This document shows, piece by piece, positions 63,480 to 64,000 of a stretch of DNA of 64,000 nucleotides (within the stretch, counting starts at the first letter, position 1; the number at the start of each line of letters is the position of its first letter). The notes under the pieces were generated by a model. That model saw only the letters and a list, made by a program, of their open reading frames with translations, ran no database searches and was not told the DNA's origin. This DNA is from Mobula birostris (Eukaryota): contig NC_092397.1 of NCBI RefSeq assembly GCF_030028105.1, positions 22,702,630 through 22,766,629 on the forward strand. The letters are read 5' to 3'. The position numbers and the translations under genes were made by a program.

Positions 63480-64000
63480 CAGCTTCCAAAGCCACCACAT
63501 AATTCTCTGAAACTTCTGCCATCTCCAACAGGATCCCACCACCAAACATATCTCTCTGCTTTCCGCAGGGATTGCTCCCTACACATCTACCTTGTCCATT
63601 GTCCTTCCCGCCAATCCACCTCCAGGCGCTTATTCTTGCAGGCAGAACAAGTGCTACACCTGTCCCTACCCCTCACTACCTTTCAGGGCCCTCAACAGTC
63701 CCTCCAGGTGAGACAGCGCCACCTGTATGTCTGTTGGGGCGATATACTGTGTTCAGTGCTCCTGCTGTGGCCTCCTGCATATCGATGAGACCCCATGTAG
63801 ATTGGGAGACCACTTCACCATGGATCAGCACTCCATCCAACAGAGCAGTGGCCACCCATTTTAATTCCACTTCCCTTTCCCATTCTGATATGTCCAGTGA
63901 TGGCCTCCTCCAGAGTCGTGATGAGGCCACGCTTCAGTTGGAGAAACAACTCCTTATATTCTGTTTGGGTAGCCTCCAACCTGATGGCATGAACATTTAT
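63480..64000 (+). mobile_element. Decayed Penelope-like GIY-YIG fragment
   Basis: Homologous to the reverse complement of 11770-12350 (gatatactgtgttcagtgctcc, tccaacctgatggcatgaacat). Confidence 0.8.

Overview
Repeat-dense vertebrate genomic DNA, not prokaryotic. The repeat complement (CR1 LINEs with 8-mer tails, Rex1/Babar LINEs, Penelope-like elements with hammerhead-bearing termini, Tc1, hAT-Charlie, L1-clade, HERO) is typical of cartilaginous fish; a ray or shark source is my inference. Most of the window is nested, decayed transposon sequence, so most ORFs in the track are TE fragments or shadow frames. Host content is (i) a small tRNA cluster at 14.8-26.1 kb (iMet, Asn-GTT, a Gly with CCC anticodon on a TCC-type body, plus Asp and iMet pseudogenes), (ii) a replication-dependent histone mini-cluster at 44-49.7 kb (intact H4, intact H2A, and an H2B whose N-terminal tail is replaced by HERO retrotransposon sequence), and (iii) two paralogous CpG-rich promoter/first-exon modules (29.4 and 62.6-63.3 kb) plus a related promoter at 26.5 kb, all carrying TGATTGACAG. 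The most notable unannotated items are a decayed gamma-type retroviral env gene at about 12.9-14.2 kb that the ORF track misses, a TSD-flanked 181-bp palindrome carrying hammerhead cores on both strands at 55.6-55.8 kb, the tail-less H2B chimera, and a tRNA-iMet/Penelope fusion. All assignments are by eye; no database searches were run and TE boundaries are approximate unless a TSD or TIR is cited.
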